Shown here piece after piece: positions 1-64,000 of a stretch of 64,000 bases of DNA. The notes below the pieces were generated by a model. That model saw only the letters and a program-made list of their open reading frames with translations. It was not told the DNA's origin and did no database searches. The stretch covers positions 142,972,001-143,036,000 of the forward strand of contig OX597818.1 of the NCBI GenBank assembly GCA_951406725.2, written 5' to 3'. The stretch comes from Octopus vulgaris. Its lineage: Eukaryota. The position numbers were made by a program, and so were the translations under genes. Position 1 is the first letter of the stretch. Each line of letters starts with the position of its first letter.

Positions 1-100
1 TCCAATATACTGCTAGATAGGTACCCAAAAAAATAATACATAGATGCATTTCATATATATTGCCTTTACTCATATGTAATGGTGTATTAAAGTACGGATT

Positions 101-192
<92 letters not shown>

Positions 193-1209
193 CTAATATC
201 TACACAGCCTTGGGTTTTTATCTCATTACGCAAAAAATTCATATATAATTATATATATATATAATTAAACTTTTTTTTATATATTCATGCATGTATATGC
301 ACATGTATGTATGCATGTGTATTATAAATTATATACTAACATATGTGTTTTTCAAATATGATTTATATAAAGATGAGATAGGTGATCATAATGTGATTAC
401 ATATACATACATTAGCATGTGTGTGTGTGTGTGTGTGTGTGTAAGCAGATGCACAATGTGCAAGTATATGTATGTATATATGTATGCATGTATAACAATG
501 TTATGTAATATGCGTGCACATAAATACACACGCACATCCATCCATCCACCCATCCATCCACCCATCCACCCATCCATCTACCCATCCACCCATCCATCTA
601 CCCATCCACCCATCCATCCACCCATCCACCCATCCATCTACCCATCCATACACACACACTTACATGCATATGCACAGACACACAGACAACATACACACAC
701 ACACATGCACACACATATGCATGCATGCACATATGCAAATACGCCCATACGAAGACCCCCCCCCCAAAAAAAAAATAAAATAAAATTACCAGCGAAAGTA
801 TACAAAACAAAAGAAACAAAAGAATAACTAAACAAACAAAACAACAAAAAAAACTAAAACAAAACCATAAAAAACTAACAAAAAAACCCCGACAAACAAT
901 GATGGGGGAATACACAGCTAATAATGCTACACACAGTGAAGGAATTATTATTACTTGTGTACTGAATTTCTTCTAACACATACATACATATATGTATAGA
1001 TACACACACACACACACACACACGCACACACACACACACACGCACACACCTCCACACACACACAAGGACTCTCGAGTGCTGTCATCACCAGCGCCCCACC
1101 CATCCTACCAAACAGCCTCACTCCACACATTCGCCTGTTACTCTTTCTCCCACTCACACTTCAACTCATCAGTTACATCACACTCTCAGTTGAATTTTAC
1201 CGCCCCCTG

Positions 1210-1545
1210 CTCTCAACTTCCTACTCTCTCTCTCTCTTTCACTCTCATCACTTACCTTACTCCCTTCTTTTTTTTAACCTTCTCACTATCTCCGCTTTCT
1301 ACTTTTCTCTCCCCTCCTCCTCCCCCACCTCATCCTGCTCTCGTTTTTCTTTATCTTCTTTCTTTTTTTTTTGTTTTCTATATCTTCTCTGTCTCTCTTC
1401 TTCTCTGTCTTTCTTTTTAGAAAAGAAAAGTGGCTTACACACTCCAGCTGCAAGCTCTTTGATTCATTTAGTCGAAAGATCTACCTCGACCGGCTTCCCA
1501 ACTTTAAATTGTCCTTGTTAGAGACAAAAAAAAAAGGGCAATAAA
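1210..1545 (+). promoter_or_regulatory. Long polypyrimidine tract with probable acceptor (AG 1419-1420) and ATG-free 5' UTR 1421-1545
   Basis: ~200 nt C/T-rich tract ending ttctttttag; no ATG between 1421 and 1545. Confidence 0.5.
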
Positions 1546-63198
<61,653 letters not shown>

Positions 63199-63289
63199 GT
63201 AAGTAACACTGCATTCTAAATTATTTCCACAATATTTATTTCTCATAAAAGTACAAAGTTTTAAATTTGAGGAAAATGAGTATTCGATT

Positions 63290-63795
63290 ATTTTTACCTC
63301 AGTTCTTGACTGGTACTTTATTTTATGGTCTTCGAATGATGAAAGGCAACTTGACCTCCGTGGGATTTGAACTCAAAACATAAAGAAAAGAATTGAGACA
63401 AATACGATACAGCATTTTGTACGACGTTCTTACGGTTCCTCCAGTAAATAATATTGGTTTCAAATTTTGGCACAAAGCCAGCAAGTTGGAGGGAGAGATT
63501 AAGTCGATTACATCGACTCCAGTGTTCAACTGGTATTTATTTTATCGACCCCGAAAGGACGAAAGGTAAAGTCGACCTCGGTGGAATTTGACCCCAGAAC
63601 GTATAGGCATGCTTATCATTCTGTCAGCTCATCATCTTTTACCAGTAAAAATTTTTGCGAGATGTAGAGATGTGGATTCGTCGACACGGTAGTGCCGGAT
63701 AGAATATTTAACGGCATTTATTTGCAATTCATAATTTTCTGATTTTGGATCCCGCCGGGGTCAGATTTGCCTTTCATCTTTCTAGGATCGACAAG
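63290..63795. mobile_element. Cluster of diverged SINE B copies
   Basis: Core motif twice on minus, once on plus. Confidence 0.7.
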
Positions 63796-64000
63796 TCTAA
63801 ATGTGAGACTGTGCTTTTCTTGGAAAAGTAAGAATTGTTAAAAGCAGAGATTAAAAACCATTTGTGGTACGATTATAACAATGGCTTTCTGGACATTTAG
63901 GGTCCGGAATCTCTTATAATCTGCACTAATTTCCGCAGTCGCCAGACTAGTACTGATACCTCACACAGACTTAATATAATTTATACTAATGAATAGGTAC

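Overview
AT-rich, microsatellite-dense animal genomic DNA. The SINE families suggest an octopus, but that is inference. The window holds one host gene on the + strand: the first 10 coding exons (1260 nt, 420 codons; ATG 1546, last exon ends 63198, gene runs off the 3' end) of an SLC5 sodium:solute symporter of the SMCT/SMVT/NIS group. All exons have GT-AG boundaries and join in one frame. Intron 1 is ~29.5 kb. The introns hold tRNA-derived SINEs (several families, some as TSD-bounded multimers), CR1-like, RTE and Dong/R4-like LINE remnants, Penelope-like remnants, DD37D and DD34D mariner-type fossils and several MITEs. Best leads: predicted loss of the second (Na3) sodium site plus an unusual TM2 Asp in the transporter; a family of hammerhead-ribozyme-like motifs with a variant core; long fold-backs; inverted SINE pairs around exons; TAA-targeted Dong-like insertions. 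Most short ORFs in the track are microsatellite or SINE artefacts. All alignments were by eye and family comparisons are from memory; repeat coordinates are approximate unless a TSD or TIR is quoted.
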